This document shows, one piece after another, positions 46,365 to 57,276 of a stretch of DNA of 64,000 nucleotides. This stretch comes from a bacterium BMS3Abin08. Its GTDB lineage: Bacteria > Nitrospirota > Thermodesulfovibrionia > Thermodesulfovibrionales > JdFR-85. The position numbers and the translations under genes were made by a program. The DNA lies in assembly GCA_002897935.1 (NCBI GenBank), contig BDTA01000096.1, positions 9,679-73,678 on the forward strand, written 5' to 3'. How positions within the stretch are numbered: position 1 is the first letter of the stretch; every line of letters begins with the position of its first letter. The notes under the pieces are model-generated. The model did no database searches, was not told the origin of the DNA, and saw only the letters and a list, made by a program, of their open reading frames with translations.

Positions 46365-48098
46365 ATGCAGAGAAGAAGGTTTGTAGTTGTCACGTCTGTT
46401 TATATCTTTTTTCTTGTAATCTTTCTACGCCTTTCCGATCTGATGATACTTGACCATGCCAGGATGGCAAGGATTGCAGAGGTTCAGTACACAAAGGGTC
46501 AGAATGTGCTGGTCAGGAGGGGCAGTATCTACGACAGAAGGGGGAAGGAACTCGCCGTCAACCTTGAACGACAGTCCCTTTACTCCGATCCGGAACAGAT
46601 AAAGTCTCCCGTTGATGTGGCAAAGGCGCTCCATGGTGTTATCAATGCAAAGGAAGGAAGGCTGATAGAGAAGCTTTCCTCGGATAAGCGCTTTGTCTGG
46701 CTTGAAAGAAATATATCTCCCTCCATTGTTAAAAAAATCCGGAGTCTCGGGATAGAGGGGTTGGGACTCCTGCCGAATATGGCAAGGTTTTATCCGAAGG
46801 GAAACTTTGCATCACATTTGCTCGGTTTTGTAAATATCGATAATGTGGGTCTCGAGGGGGTTGAGAAGCGTTATGACCGGTTTCTCTCAACAAGCGGGGG
46901 GCGTGTAGCCTTAACCAGGGATGCTCATGGTAATATATTATATACGGAAGATGACCTTCTGGAATCTTATGGGAACAGCATCGTCCTTACAATAGATGAG
47001 GGTCTCCAGAATATAGTGGAAGCAGAGATAGACAGGGCCGTTGGAAAATGGAGACCCTATGCTGCAACTGCAATTATGATGAATCCTTACAACGGTGAGG
47101 TCCTGGCCCTCGCAAACAGACCATCCTTTAATCCAAATCATCCGGGTGATTACAGGCCGTCATACAGAAGAAACAGGGCTGTCACGGATCTCTATGAACC
47201 GGGATCGACCTTCAAGCTTGTAATGGCTGCAGCCGCCCTCAATGAAGGGGTGGCCACACTGCAGAGCAGGTTTGACTGTTCCGAAGGCTATGTTGAAGTG
47301 GGGAAAAGGAAGATAAGGGATGTACATAAACACGGATGGATGACACTGAAGGAGATTATACAGAAGTCGTCAAACGTGGGTGCCGTCAAGGTCACGCTTA
47401 GGCTGGGACCCGACAGGTTCTACCGGTATATGAAAAAACTTGGTTTTGGTGAGAAGACAGGCATTGATCTTACAGGTGAGTCATCCGGGATTGTCAAGGA
47501 ACCGTCTGCCTGGTCAGGTACCACCATAGGGGCTGTGGCTATAGGTTATGAAGTGATGGTAACACCACTTCAGATCCTCAGGGCCTATGCTGCGGTTGCA
47601 AATGACGGGTATCTTGTGAAACCACATGTTGTTTCAAGGATAATTTCACCTGATGGAGAGGTGCTGTGGAGGTATGGGCCTGTAAGGAAAAAGAGGGTGT
47701 TGTCCGTTAGAACCACCCGGATGCTGAGAAAGGCATTCAAATCCGTGGTCTCCGAGGATGGAACCGCCCCCCTTGCAGCGGTCGATGGGAACCTTGTTGC
47801 CGGAAAGACCGGCACAACGAGGATGCTGGATCCCGTAACAAAGAAGTATTCCAGGAAGATGTTTGTGAGTTCCTTCGTTGGTATGGTGCCCGCGGACAAT
47901 CCCGTCTTTGTGCTTGTGGTGGTCCTCTGGAACCCCCATAAAAAGTATTACGGCGGCGAAGTGGCAGCCCCTGTCTTCAGCTCTATTGCCGAGAAGGCGC
48001 TTTCTTACATGTTCGTCCCCAGGGACGATACCGATAATGAAGAAGTGCTCGTTGTAGGAAAACCGCGTGAAACCGGAGTTAACAGCCGTGATTTCTGA
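46365..48098 (+). CDS. ftsI: Peptidoglycan D,D-transpeptidase FtsI (PBP3-type)
   Basis: N-terminal TM. 'GSTFKLV' (SxxK), 'KSSNVG' (SxN), 'GKTGTT' (KTG). An alternative GTG start lies at 46305. Confidence 0.88.
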   Translation: MQRRRFVVVTSVYIFFLVIFLRLSDLMILDHARMARIAEVQYTKGQNVLVRRGSIYDRRGKELAVNLERQSLYSDPEQIKSPVDVAKALHGVINAKEGRLIEKLSSDKRFVWLERNISPSIVKKIRSLGIEGLGLLPNMARFYPKGNFASHLLGFVNIDNVGLEGVEKRYDRFLSTSGGRVALTRDAHGNILYTEDDLLESYGNSIVLTIDEGLQNIVEAEIDRAVGKWRPYAATAIMMNPYNGEVLALANRPSFNPNHPGDYRPSYRRNRAVTDLYEPGSTFKLVMAAAALNEGVATLQSRFDCSEGYVEVGKRKIRDVHKHGWMTLKEIIQKSSNVGAVKVTLRLGPDRFYRYMKKLGFGEKTGIDLTGESSGIVKEPSAWSGTTIGAVAIGYEVMVTPLQILRAYAAVANDGYLVKPHVVSRIISPDGEVLWRYGPVRKKRVLSVRTTRMLRKAFKSVVSEDGTAPLAAVDGNLVAGKTGTTRMLDPVTKKYSRKMFVSSFVGMVPADNPVFVLVVVLWNPHKKYYGGEVAAPVFSSIAEKALSYMFVPRDDTDNEEVLVVGKPRETGVNSRDF

Positions 48099-48118
48099 GA
48101 GATGGGAGAGTTACCGTG

Positions 48119-49579
48119 ATGTTGAGTGAACTATTGCAAGGGACATCCTTTCCGGGAAAGTTCAGGGATGTCCGGGTTAACGGCCTTGCAACGGATTCAA
48201 GGAAGGTTGTAAAGGGAGACCTGTTTTTTGCGTTAAGCGGCGAGCATCATGATGGTAACATGTTTGTCCGGAATGCCATAGACAGGGGCGCCGTCGCAGT
48301 GATTACCGGGGAGAGAGAGCCGGGAGAAAACGGAATTCCGGTTATTCCGGTCCCCGATATTAACGACACCATGGCAATGATGTCGGCGCGGTTTTATGGT
48401 AACCCCTCACGGAAGATGAAACTCGTCGGCATTACCGGGACAAACGGCAAGACCACCACTTCTTACATCCTGCGGAAGATCTTCAGGGAGGCAGGGCTAA
48501 GGACGGGAATCACGGGGACCATCAGTTACATTATAGGTGACCGGTCCTTCAGGGCACGGTTGACCACACCCCTTGCAGTGGACTTTCAGAGGATACTTAA
48601 GGATATGTATGAGGAAGGAGTAACGCACGTCGTTTCAGAGGTCTCCTCCCATGCACTGGGTTTAAAAAGGGTTGATTACACTGACTTCGATGTCTCCGTA
48701 TTTACAAACCTGACGCGTGATCATCTTGATTTTCATGGCACGATGGAAGACTATTTCAGGGCAAAGCTCCGTCTCTTCCGGGAGTTGACCCATAAAGCCG
48801 GTATTATAAACATCGATGATCCCTATGGGCGCAGGATCTCGGAAGAGATCTCCGTTGCGGGGCTCCGGGTGACGACCTTTGGTCTTTCCGGCGCCGCCGT
48901 GTTGCGAGCCGTTGATGTTTATGAGGATGAAAGGGGTATACGCTTCTCCATACCCCTCGATGGAAGGGCGTTGGAGGTTTCATCGCCACTCCTGGGGAAG
49001 ACGAATGTTTATAACATACTTGCAGCCGTAGGGGTTTCTCTGGTCTTGGATATTGATGAAGAGGTAATCAGGCGGGGGATTGAAGGCTTTCAGGGTGTGG
49101 AGGGGAGGATGGAGTCCGTAAGGATGGATCGGGAGTTCATGGGGGTGATTGATTACGCTCATACACCTGATGCACTTCAGCGGGTGCTGAAGTCCCTCAG
49201 GGGCTTTACCAGGGGGAGGATTATAACGGTATTTGGTTGCGGGGGTGACAGGGACAGGGGAAAGAGGCCTGAGATGGGCAGGATAGCATCACAACTGAGT
49301 GACCTTGTAATTGTTACTTCCGATAATCCCCGCTCTGAAAGACCTGAGGATATAATTGCCGGTATCCTTGAAGGGGTTCGGAAGGACAACTGCACTGTTG
49401 TGACCGACAGGAGAGAGGCTATCTTCAGGGCTGTTGATATTGCCCGAAAGGATGACACCATACTGGTTGCAGGCAAGGGACACGAGGATTATCAGGAGAT
49501 AGAGGGTGTGCGTTATCCATTCAAGGACAGAGAGGTACTGAAAGAGGCCCTTGACGGTCTATCGAGGCTCAGTGGTTAA
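48119..49579 (+). CDS. murE: UDP-MurNAc-L-Ala-D-Glu:meso-DAP ligase
   Basis: 'GITGTNGKTTTSYI', 'DNPRSE'. Confidence 0.9.
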   Translation: MLSELLQGTSFPGKFRDVRVNGLATDSRKVVKGDLFFALSGEHHDGNMFVRNAIDRGAVAVITGEREPGENGIPVIPVPDINDTMAMMSARFYGNPSRKMKLVGITGTNGKTTTSYILRKIFREAGLRTGITGTISYIIGDRSFRARLTTPLAVDFQRILKDMYEEGVTHVVSEVSSHALGLKRVDYTDFDVSVFTNLTRDHLDFHGTMEDYFRAKLRLFRELTHKAGIINIDDPYGRRISEEISVAGLRVTTFGLSGAAVLRAVDVYEDERGIRFSIPLDGRALEVSSPLLGKTNVYNILAAVGVSLVLDIDEEVIRRGIEGFQGVEGRMESVRMDREFMGVIDYAHTPDALQRVLKSLRGFTRGRIITVFGCGGDRDRGKRPEMGRIASQLSDLVIVTSDNPRSERPEDIIAGILEGVRKDNCTVVTDRREAIFRAVDIARKDDTILVAGKGHEDYQEIEGVRYPFKDREVLKEALDGLSRLSG

Positions 49580-49591
49580 GAGAGGTTTTTT

Positions 49592-50956
49592 ATGATCAGG
49601 TATACATTGTCGGAAATCCTTGAGCCGACGGCAGGGAGGCTATTGGTAAAAGGGACACGGTACTTCACCGGTATTTCAATCGATTCAAGGACCATAAGAG
49701 AGGGTGAACTCTTTATTTCGCTCAGGGGGGAGAGATTCGACGGGCATGATTTTCTTGAACCCGCACTGAAGAAGGGTGGAGGGGCCGTAGTGAGTTGTCC
49801 TCCCGTTATACCTGTCATGGGAAAGAGCATAATACATGTCGATAACACACTCAGGGCATTACAGTCCATAGCGAGACACCGAAGGTTAACAAGGGATGTT
49901 GAGGTTGTGGCTATTACCGGGACAAACGGCAAGACCACAACAAAGGAGATGATTGCCGAGGTACTCGCCCGGGATTACAAGGTGCTCAGGAGCAGGGGGA
50001 ACCTTAATAACCAGATAGGGCTTTCCCTGTCGCTGACACGTCTTAACAGTCACCGGTTCGCCGTGCTTGAAATGGGGGCAAGCAGGGTGGGGGATATTGC
50101 GGAACTGTCCGGGATTGCAAGGCCGGATATCTGTGTGATAACCAATATTGCCCCTGCACATCTGGAAGGTTTTGGATCGTTGGATATGGTGAGAAAGACA
50201 AAACTGGAAATCGTTGATTATGTGAATACCGTTGTGGTTAACGGAGTTGATCCGTATCTCAGGCCGGTGCTGCCTGAACTCCTTTCGGATGACAGGTTTT
50301 CTGTGATAACATTCGGCCTCAACGCCGGTACGGATGTATGGGCGGAGGAGATCAGACACCTTAAGGACGGAATAAGGTTTAAACTGCACCTCAGGGATGC
50401 ACAGGCAGCCGAGATAAAACTGAGGATATTCGGTCTCTTCAATGTCCTCAACGCACTGGCTGCGGCATCCGTGTGCAGTCATCTCGGGGTCCCTCTTGTG
50501 AATATCAAGAGCGCCCTTGAAGAGTTTAAAGGGGTTCCGATGAGGGTGGAGATCAGGGAGATGAGGGGAGCGACCGTAATCAGCGACCTTTACAATGCAA
50601 ACCCGGCTTCAATGGAAGAGGCCATAAAGGAACTTGTTCGTATGCGGCAGTCCCGGGCAGTGGCTGTGCTTGGAGACATGCTTGAGCTGGGAGCCTATGA
50701 GGAGGAGGCCCACAGAAAACTTGGAAGGTGGCTCTCGACACATCCTGTTGATGTCCTCATAACCGTGGGAGAGTTGATGTCTTATACCCATGAGGAGTTC
50801 AACGGCATAAACTGTATGAATGATAAAAGGCCCTCATACCATGTCAATACGCCCCATGAGGCGAGAGAGATACTGAGGGAGATAGTAAAGAGCGGAGACG
50901 TCGTCCTGATTAAGGGTTCACGGGGTATGAAAATGGAAAGGATTCTGGAGGACTGA
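49592..50956 (+). CDS. murF: UDP-MurNAc-tripeptide:D-Ala-D-Ala ligase
   Basis: 'AITGTNGKTTTKEM', 'GDMLELG'. Confidence 0.9.
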   Translation: MIRYTLSEILEPTAGRLLVKGTRYFTGISIDSRTIREGELFISLRGERFDGHDFLEPALKKGGGAVVSCPPVIPVMGKSIIHVDNTLRALQSIARHRRLTRDVEVVAITGTNGKTTTKEMIAEVLARDYKVLRSRGNLNNQIGLSLSLTRLNSHRFAVLEMGASRVGDIAELSGIARPDICVITNIAPAHLEGFGSLDMVRKTKLEIVDYVNTVVVNGVDPYLRPVLPELLSDDRFSVITFGLNAGTDVWAEEIRHLKDGIRFKLHLRDAQAAEIKLRIFGLFNVLNALAAASVCSHLGVPLVNIKSALEEFKGVPMRVEIREMRGATVISDLYNANPASMEEAIKELVRMRQSRAVAVLGDMLELGAYEEEAHRKLGRWLSTHPVDVLITVGELMSYTHEEFNGINCMNDKRPSYHVNTPHEAREILREIVKSGDVVLIKGSRGMKMERILED

Positions 50957-52038
50957 TGCTTTACGAGTTGTTATACAGGCTGCATGCGTATTATTTCCCC
51001 TTTAATGTTTTTCGCTATATAACATTCAGGACCGCCCTTGCGGTAATCACGGCTGCACTGTTTACGTTCATGCTTGCCCCCTTTGTAATGAAGAGGTTGA
51101 AGAGGTTTCATCTTACACAGCAGATAAGGGGTGACGGGCCAAGCACACACGCAATAAAGGAAGGGACACCTACGATGGGGGGGGTGATAATACTCCTCGG
51201 GATACTCCTTTCCGTATTTCTCTGGATGGACCTCAAGAATCCCTACGTATGGGTAATGGTGATCGCTACCACAGGGTTTGGCGCCATAGGCTTTGCTGAT
51301 GATTACATGAAGGTTTCAAGAAGGAACGATAAAGGGCTGAGGGCCTGTTATAAATTCGGTCTCCAGATACTCCTGGCAACGGGCATCAGTTTTTTCCTCT
51401 ATTCCAACCCCCTGGATCCTTACAGCACCAAACTGAGTGTTCCGTTTTTCAAGAACTGGCTCATTGACCTCGGGCTTTTTTACATCCCCTTTTCCGTCTT
51501 TGTTATCGTTGGTTCATCGAATGCAGTGAATCTCACCGACGGGATAGACGGTCTTGCCATCGGCCTTGTTGCCATCGCGGTTCTTGCCATCGCCGTGCTT
51601 GTTTACATAAGTGGTAATGCAAAACTTGCCCGGTATCTCCAGTTGCTCTTTCTTGTAAAGACAGGTGAACTTACTGTTTTCTGTGGAGCAATGTTCGGGG
51701 CGGCAATAGGGTTCCTGTGGTATAACGCTTATCCGGCGGAGGTCTTTATGGGAGATGTTGGTTCCCTCAGCCTTGGGGGGGCGCTTGGTACACTTGCAGT
51801 AATAACCAAACATGAGATTGTGCTTGCTATTGTCGGTGGTATTTTTGTTATTGAGACAATCTCGGTAATCATACAGGTGGGCTCATTCAAGCTGACGGGA
51901 AGAAGGATATTCAGGATGGCTCCAATACATCATCATTTCGAGGTGAAGGGGTGGCCTGAGCCCAAAACCGTCGTCCGTTTCTGGATTGTCGGAATTATCC
52001 TGGCGCTGCTGAGTCTTGCAACCCTGAAATTGAGGTAG
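50956..52038 (+). CDS. mraY: Phospho-MurNAc-pentapeptide translocase
   Basis: 'GTPTMGG', 'NAVNLTDGIDGLA', 'MGDVGSLSLGG', 'APIHHHFE'. Confidence 0.92.
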   Translation: MLYELLYRLHAYYFPFNVFRYITFRTALAVITAALFTFMLAPFVMKRLKRFHLTQQIRGDGPSTHAIKEGTPTMGGVIILLGILLSVFLWMDLKNPYVWVMVIATTGFGAIGFADDYMKVSRRNDKGLRACYKFGLQILLATGISFFLYSNPLDPYSTKLSVPFFKNWLIDLGLFYIPFSVFVIVGSSNAVNLTDGIDGLAIGLVAIAVLAIAVLVYISGNAKLARYLQLLFLVKTGELTVFCGAMFGAAIGFLWYNAYPAEVFMGDVGSLSLGGALGTLAVITKHEIVLAIVGGIFVIETISVIIQVGSFKLTGRRIFRMAPIHHHFEVKGWPEPKTVVRFWIVGIILALLSLATLKLR

Positions 52039-52131
52039 GTTCATGTGGTTAAGTGTTATAAGGGGATTTTGGTTTTTTCATATGTCTGCATGGTCCTGTA
52101 ACAGTTGCAGGACAACAGATGAGGCCCGGCA

Positions 52132-53562
52132 ATGGAAGATCTGAGTTCGAGCTTTAAAGACAGGAGGTTCCTTGTCGTAGGCCTCGGAAGAAGTGGTTTG
52201 TCGGCAGCAGGACTGCTCAGGTTTCTCGGTGCCGATGTTGTTGTATCTGATGACAGGGATAAAAAGGCCCTTGCCGGGATGATGGGCGGGTTGCCGGAGG
52301 GGATAGTATTCCGTCCGGCATCAGCGATTGATCCTGCCTCTGAAGGCATTGATGAGGTAGTAATCAGTCCCGGTATCCCCATGTTTCATCCCTTGGTGAA
52401 AAGGGCCCTCTCCTCCGGGATTGAGGTAATCGGAGAGCTTGAGTTGGGCTTCAGGGTGCTTATGCCTTTCCGGATACCCTGGATAGGGATTACAGGTACC
52501 AACGGTAAGTCCACGACCACAAGGGTTACAGAGCTTATGCTTAAGAGAGCCGGCAGGAGGATATTGTCGGGTGGTAATATCGGTAATGCCATTACAGGGG
52601 AGATACTTGGCGGTCTGAGGGGTGGAACGCTTTCGACGACTGAGTACGTGCTTGTGGAGATTTCCTCATTCCAACTCGAAGGCATCAGGGCGTTTAAGCC
52701 ATCAGTGGCGGTGGTTCTGAATATATCCCCCGACCACCTTGACAGGTATGAAGACCTCGATGAATATATTAGGACAAAGGCGGCGATTTACAGGAACCAG
52801 GGGCCGGAAGATACCCTGGTACTGAATCTCGGTGATGAGAATCTCCGTTGCTTTGCCGGTGGCACAGGTTCAAAAGTGAGGTATTTTTCCGTAGATTCCG
52901 GGACGGGCGGGGAAGCAGGTGCAATAACCCCCGACGCTTATGTGGATGAGGGGTGGCTGTTTTTAAGGAGTGAGAACGGTCCTGAGCGGATCATCCGTAT
53001 TGATGATATGAGGATCAGGGGTATCCATAATCAGGAGAATGCCCTTGCCGCACTCCTTATTTCATCGCTCTGCGGGGTTACCCCGGACAGTCAGGCGCCG
53101 GTTCTCCGCGAGTTTAAAGGACTTGAGCACAGGATGGAGTTTGTTGATGAGGTGGAAGGTGTGAGTTTCTATAACGACTCGAAGGGAACAAATATCGGCG
53201 CCGTGATGAAATCCCTGGACGGCTTCGGGGATGGTGTAATCCTGATACTTGGCGGCAAGTACAAGGGAGGCGATTTTTCAGGGCTGAAGCGATACATCGG
53301 ACGCCGTATGAAGGCTGCGGTTCTGGTAGGGGAGGCGCGTGGGAATATTCTGAAACAGATGGGGAATCCCCTATGTGCGTATTTGGTTGATGATATGGAT
53401 GAGGCGGTTGTGCGGGCGTTCTCGCTTGCTGAGAGGGGAGATACGGTGCTTCTTTCCCCGGGTTGCGCAAGTTTCGATATGTTCGATGACTTTGAGCATC
53501 GCGGGAGGCATTTCAAGGAACTTGTAAGGAAGTTGAAAGGTGGGATGAATGTACGGGTCTGA
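52132..53562 (+). CDS. murD: UDP-MurNAc-L-Ala:D-Glu ligase
   Basis: 'VVGLGRSGLSAA', 'GITGTNGKSTT'. Confidence 0.9.
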   Translation: MEDLSSSFKDRRFLVVGLGRSGLSAAGLLRFLGADVVVSDDRDKKALAGMMGGLPEGIVFRPASAIDPASEGIDEVVISPGIPMFHPLVKRALSSGIEVIGELELGFRVLMPFRIPWIGITGTNGKSTTTRVTELMLKRAGRRILSGGNIGNAITGEILGGLRGGTLSTTEYVLVEISSFQLEGIRAFKPSVAVVLNISPDHLDRYEDLDEYIRTKAAIYRNQGPEDTLVLNLGDENLRCFAGGTGSKVRYFSVDSGTGGEAGAITPDAYVDEGWLFLRSENGPERIIRIDDMRIRGIHNQENALAALLISSLCGVTPDSQAPVLREFKGLEHRMEFVDEVEGVSFYNDSKGTNIGAVMKSLDGFGDGVILILGGKYKGGDFSGLKRYIGRRMKAAVLVGEARGNILKQMGNPLCAYLVDDMDEAVVRAFSLAERGDTVLLSPGCASFDMFDDFEHRGRHFKELVRKLKGGMNVRV

Positions 53563-54748
53563 AAAAGGGGTCGATAAGTATTTTCTTCTATCGGTCGTTG
53601 CTCTCACTATCATGGGGGTTGTCATGGTATACAGTTCAACTGCCCTGATAAATATTTCAAAGGCCGGCACTGCCCTTTCCTCCCAGGGGGGGTCTCAGTT
53701 TATGTATCTTAAGAAGCACCTGATGACTCTGTTGATAGCCTTTCTCGCGATGCTGTTGTTCTATGCCATAAAACCTTCGACTTTGAGGAGGTACTCGATT
53801 GTCTTCCTTGCGCTTTCCTTTGTGTTGTTGCTGCTGGTTTTCATTCCTGGGCTTGGGGTGAAGATAAACGGTGCAAGGAGATGGATCAGGCTGTGGCCGT
53901 CGACCGTTCAGCCGGGTGAGTTTGTCAAGGTTGCGATGGTTTTATTTCTGGCAAGGTATCTCTCCGATACACAGGAGATCAGGGACAGGTTCTCGGTTTT
54001 TTTCCGGCCTCTTCTCGTGATGCTTTCATTCCAGGCCGTACTGCTGCTTCAGCCTGATTTCGGTGGTGCATTCACTCTCGGACTTATCACGTTTGCAATG
54101 TTTTATATTTCAGGAACACCACTCAGGTTCATGTTCACAACACTCCTTTTTGTTTTACCGGTAGTGGTGAAGCTCGTTATGGAACCATACAGATTGAAGA
54201 GAATCTTCATCTTCCTTGATCCGTGGAAGGACCCCTATGCCGGCGGCTTTCAGCTTGTGCAGTCATTCATCGCCCTCGGTAACGGAGGGTTCGGGGGAGT
54301 CGGGCTTGGTGAGAGCAAACAGAAACTCAGTTATCTCCCCGAGGTTAACACCGACTTTATCTTCTCTATGGTGGGAGAGGAGATCGGCTTTATCGGCGTG
54401 GTTTTTGTGCTTTTCATGTTTGTGATGTTCTTCAGTCGCGGAATAAAGATAGCCGGTGATGCAAAGAGTCTCTTTTGCAGTTATCTTGCACATGGATTGA
54501 CACTGATGATAACACTCCAGGCGTTGATGAATATTGCGGTGGTTACAGGCCTGGTGCCCACGAAGGGCCTGCCCCTGCCGTTCCTGAGTTATGGGGGCTC
54601 ATCCCTGCTTGTGAATTTTATTGCCGTTAGTGTAATGCTGAAGATCTCCAGAGGGGACGATGAGCAATTGTCCGTGCAGACGCAGGAGATGATCATAAAA
54701 AGGAGGGCTCACCTGAAGGCAAGGAGGCTGAGGAGGAAGGCTCAATGA
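53549..54748 (+). CDS. ftsW: SEDS-family peptidoglycan glycosyltransferase FtsW
   Basis: 10-TM pattern. 'VQPGEFVKVAMVLFLA', 'PEVNTDFIFS', 'TGLVPTKGLPLPFLSYGGSS'. Confidence 0.9.
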   Translation: MYGSEKGVDKYFLLSVVALTIMGVVMVYSSTALINISKAGTALSSQGGSQFMYLKKHLMTLLIAFLAMLLFYAIKPSTLRRYSIVFLALSFVLLLLVFIPGLGVKINGARRWIRLWPSTVQPGEFVKVAMVLFLARYLSDTQEIRDRFSVFFRPLLVMLSFQAVLLLQPDFGGAFTLGLITFAMFYISGTPLRFMFTTLLFVLPVVVKLVMEPYRLKRIFIFLDPWKDPYAGGFQLVQSFIALGNGGFGGVGLGESKQKLSYLPEVNTDFIFSMVGEEIGFIGVVFVLFMFVMFFSRGIKIAGDAKSLFCSYLAHGLTLMITLQALMNIAVVTGLVPTKGLPLPFLSYGGSSLLVNFIAVSVMLKISRGDDEQLSVQTQEMIIKRRAHLKARRLRRKAQ

Positions 54749-55899
54749 GAATCGTTATAGCAGGAGGCGGGACAGGCGGGCATCTCTATCCGGGTATTGC
54801 CCTTGCAGAGGAGATGATCAGAAGAGAACCCGATACAGAGGTGATCTTCATCGGAACCGAAAGGGGAATAGAGGCCAAGGTGATACCCCGGGAGGGGTTT
54901 ATTATAAAGTTTATCCCCTCCGAGGGTTTTGTAGGCAAGTCTACGATCAAAAAGGCGCGGTCCGTGTATCTCTTTCTGAAGGGGTTAAAGGAGAGCTACC
55001 GCTATCTGGAGGAAATCAAACCCGACATAGTTGTGGGTTCCGGCGGGTATGCATCTTTTGCTCCCCTCGTGGGTGCATGGCTTCTGTCGATTCCCACGCT
55101 GATACTCGAGCAGAATACGGTTCCGGGGCGGGCAAACAGGATCCTGGGACATATCGCGAAGTTGATATGTATCACCTACCAGGAGAGTATGGCGAGGTTC
55201 CCCCGCAGCAAGGTCTACCTTACCGGCAATCCTGTAAGAGGGAGACTGCTGAAGGGGAGCAGGACATCCGCCCTGAGACTCTTTTCCCTCAGGAAAGACC
55301 TCTTCACCGTCTTTGTGTTTGGTGGGAGTTCCGGTGCAAGCGCCATTAACAGGGCAGAGGTGGATGCACTTCAGCACATGCTTGAATTCAAGGACAGGAT
55401 ACAGTTCCTCCACCAGACAGGTGAAAAGGACTTCGAGTTTGTCAGGGACTCATACAGAAGCTACGGTTTTAAAGGCACTGTAGCGCCTTATATTTTTCAG
55501 ATGCCCGAGGCATACGCAATAGCGGACCTGGTGATATCAAGGGCCGGAGCAACAACGATAGCGGAGGTGTGTGCGACGGGTAAACCTTCGGTGCTGATAC
55601 CCTATCCCCATGCCGCAGGGAACCACCAGGAGGTAAATGCAGAAAAACTCCAGAGCCTCGGGGCAACGGTCATGATCAGGGATGCCGAGCTTACGGGAAA
55701 GCGTCTTGCCGATGAGATTAAAAGGTTTTACAGCGACCGCGGATTCAGGGAATCAATGGGGAGGAGGGCTGTCGGGTTCGGCAGGCCTGAAGCCGTTAAG
55801 AGAATTGCCGATATTGTCGTCAGTCTTGTTTCACCGGACAGTCCGGGAAGGTCCGGTATCAAAAAGCAGGCTGAAAAAAACAGAGAGGTTTTTATATGA
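54745..55899 (+). CDS. murG: UDP-GlcNAc:lipid I GlcNAc transferase
   Basis: 'IAGGGTGGHLYPGIALAEE', 'ISRAGATTIAE'. Confidence 0.9.
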   Translation: MRIVIAGGGTGGHLYPGIALAEEMIRREPDTEVIFIGTERGIEAKVIPREGFIIKFIPSEGFVGKSTIKKARSVYLFLKGLKESYRYLEEIKPDIVVGSGGYASFAPLVGAWLLSIPTLILEQNTVPGRANRILGHIAKLICITYQESMARFPRSKVYLTGNPVRGRLLKGSRTSALRLFSLRKDLFTVFVFGGSSGASAINRAEVDALQHMLEFKDRIQFLHQTGEKDFEFVRDSYRSYGFKGTVAPYIFQMPEAYAIADLVISRAGATTIAEVCATGKPSVLIPYPHAAGNHQEVNAEKLQSLGATVMIRDAELTGKRLADEIKRFYSDRGFRESMGRRAVGFGRPEAVKRIADIVVSLVSPDSPGRSGIKKQAEKNREVFI

Positions 55900-55908
55900 G
55901 GAGACTCC

Positions 55909-57273
55909 GTGTTTGAAAGATACAGGGTAATACACTTTGTCGGCATCGGTGGTATCGGAATGAGCGGCATAGCCGAGGTCCTGCATAACCTCGGCTATGA
56001 TATAACCGGCTCTGACCTGAAAGAGTCTTCCAACACAAGAAGACTGAGAGAGATGGGAATCAAGGTCTTTATAGGACATAACGCTGCCAATGTTGACAGC
56101 GCTCATGTGGTTGTTGTCTCCTCAGCGGTGAAGGAAGACAACCCCGAGGTTGTTGAGGCAACAAGGAGGTCCATTCCCGTGATACCCCGTGCAGAGATGC
56201 TTGCAGAGTTAGGAAGGCTTAAATACAGCATACTTGTTGCAGGGTCCCATGGAAAGACGACTACTACGTCATTGATTTCATCCATCCTGTCCAATTCGGG
56301 GATCGACCCCACCGTTGTGATTGGGGGGAGGCTTAAATCAACAGGGTCCAATGTTCGTCTTGGGCAGGGAGAGTTTCTTGTTGCAGAGGCGGATGAGAGT
56401 GATGGTTCCTTTCTTAAGCTCTCTCCAACTATTGCCCTGGCGACAAACGTAGACAGGGAGCATATGGATTTTTTCAAGACAATGGACTCTCTCTACGCTG
56501 CCTTCAGGGAATTTCTGAACAAGGTGCCCTTCTACGGAGTATCTGTTGTCTGCTATGAGGATGTCTTTCTGAGGAACATGATCTCGGATATCAGGAGGAA
56601 GCACATAACATATGGTTTTAGCAAAAATGCCGATATCAGGGCGGACAATATAAAGTCCGAGGGACTCGGCACCAGGTTTAACCTCATCGTTGATGGGGAC
56701 TTGCGCGGTGAGTTGTTCGTTCCGGTAATAGGAAAGCACAATGTGCTTAACTGCCTGGGTGCTATTGCTGTTGCACTGGAACTTCACGTTGATTTTAACG
56801 GCATTATGGAGGGACTTTCAACATTCACCGGGATACACAGAAGATTTGAGTTTAAGGGGGAGGTCGGTGGTATTAAGGTATACGACGACTACGGGCATCA
56901 TCCTACCGAACTGAGGGCTACCATCGGTGCAATAAGGGATGCCTTTGACGGCAGGATAGTTGTGGTCTTTCAGCCACATCGCTACAGCAGGACCAGGGAC
57001 CTCTTTGGAGAGTTTCTGGTCTCCTTTGATGGTGTTGATGCCCTGTACCTGATGGATATATATCCGGCAGGGGAAGCCCCGGTTGAAGGGGTGAGTTCAG
57101 AAAGGCTCTCCGACGGACTGAAGGATAAGGTCGGATGTGTGAAATACATCAAGGACAGGGATTTTCTAATTGAGGAACTCGGGAGGATGTTGCATGAGGG
57201 TGACCTGCTGCTTACCCTTGGTGCAGGGGATGTATGGAAGATCGGTGAGGATCTTCTGAGAAGAGGAGAGTGA
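55909..57273 (+). CDS. murC: UDP-MurNAc:L-Ala ligase
   Basis: GTG start. 'IHFVGIGGIGMSGIAEVL', 'AGSHGKTTTTS'. Confidence 0.9.
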   Translation: MFERYRVIHFVGIGGIGMSGIAEVLHNLGYDITGSDLKESSNTRRLREMGIKVFIGHNAANVDSAHVVVVSSAVKEDNPEVVEATRRSIPVIPRAEMLAELGRLKYSILVAGSHGKTTTTSLISSILSNSGIDPTVVIGGRLKSTGSNVRLGQGEFLVAEADESDGSFLKLSPTIALATNVDREHMDFFKTMDSLYAAFREFLNKVPFYGVSVVCYEDVFLRNMISDIRRKHITYGFSKNADIRADNIKSEGLGTRFNLIVDGDLRGELFVPVIGKHNVLNCLGAIAVALELHVDFNGIMEGLSTFTGIHRRFEFKGEVGGIKVYDDYGHHPTELRATIGAIRDAFDGRIVVVFQPHRYSRTRDLFGEFLVSFDGVDALYLMDIYPAGEAPVEGVSSERLSDGLKDKVGCVKYIKDRDFLIEELGRMLHEGDLLLTLGAGDVWKIGEDLLRRGE

Positions 57274-57276
57274 ACG

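Noticed and set aside
46106-46393. 95-aa minus ORF, and a search for a short ftsL-like gene just upstream of ftsI.
   Set aside because: The minus ORF overlaps the G-tract repeat and the ftsI 5' region, and looks like Pro/Ala/Arg-rich noise. No plus-strand short ORF with a single TM helix is present in 46100-46364.
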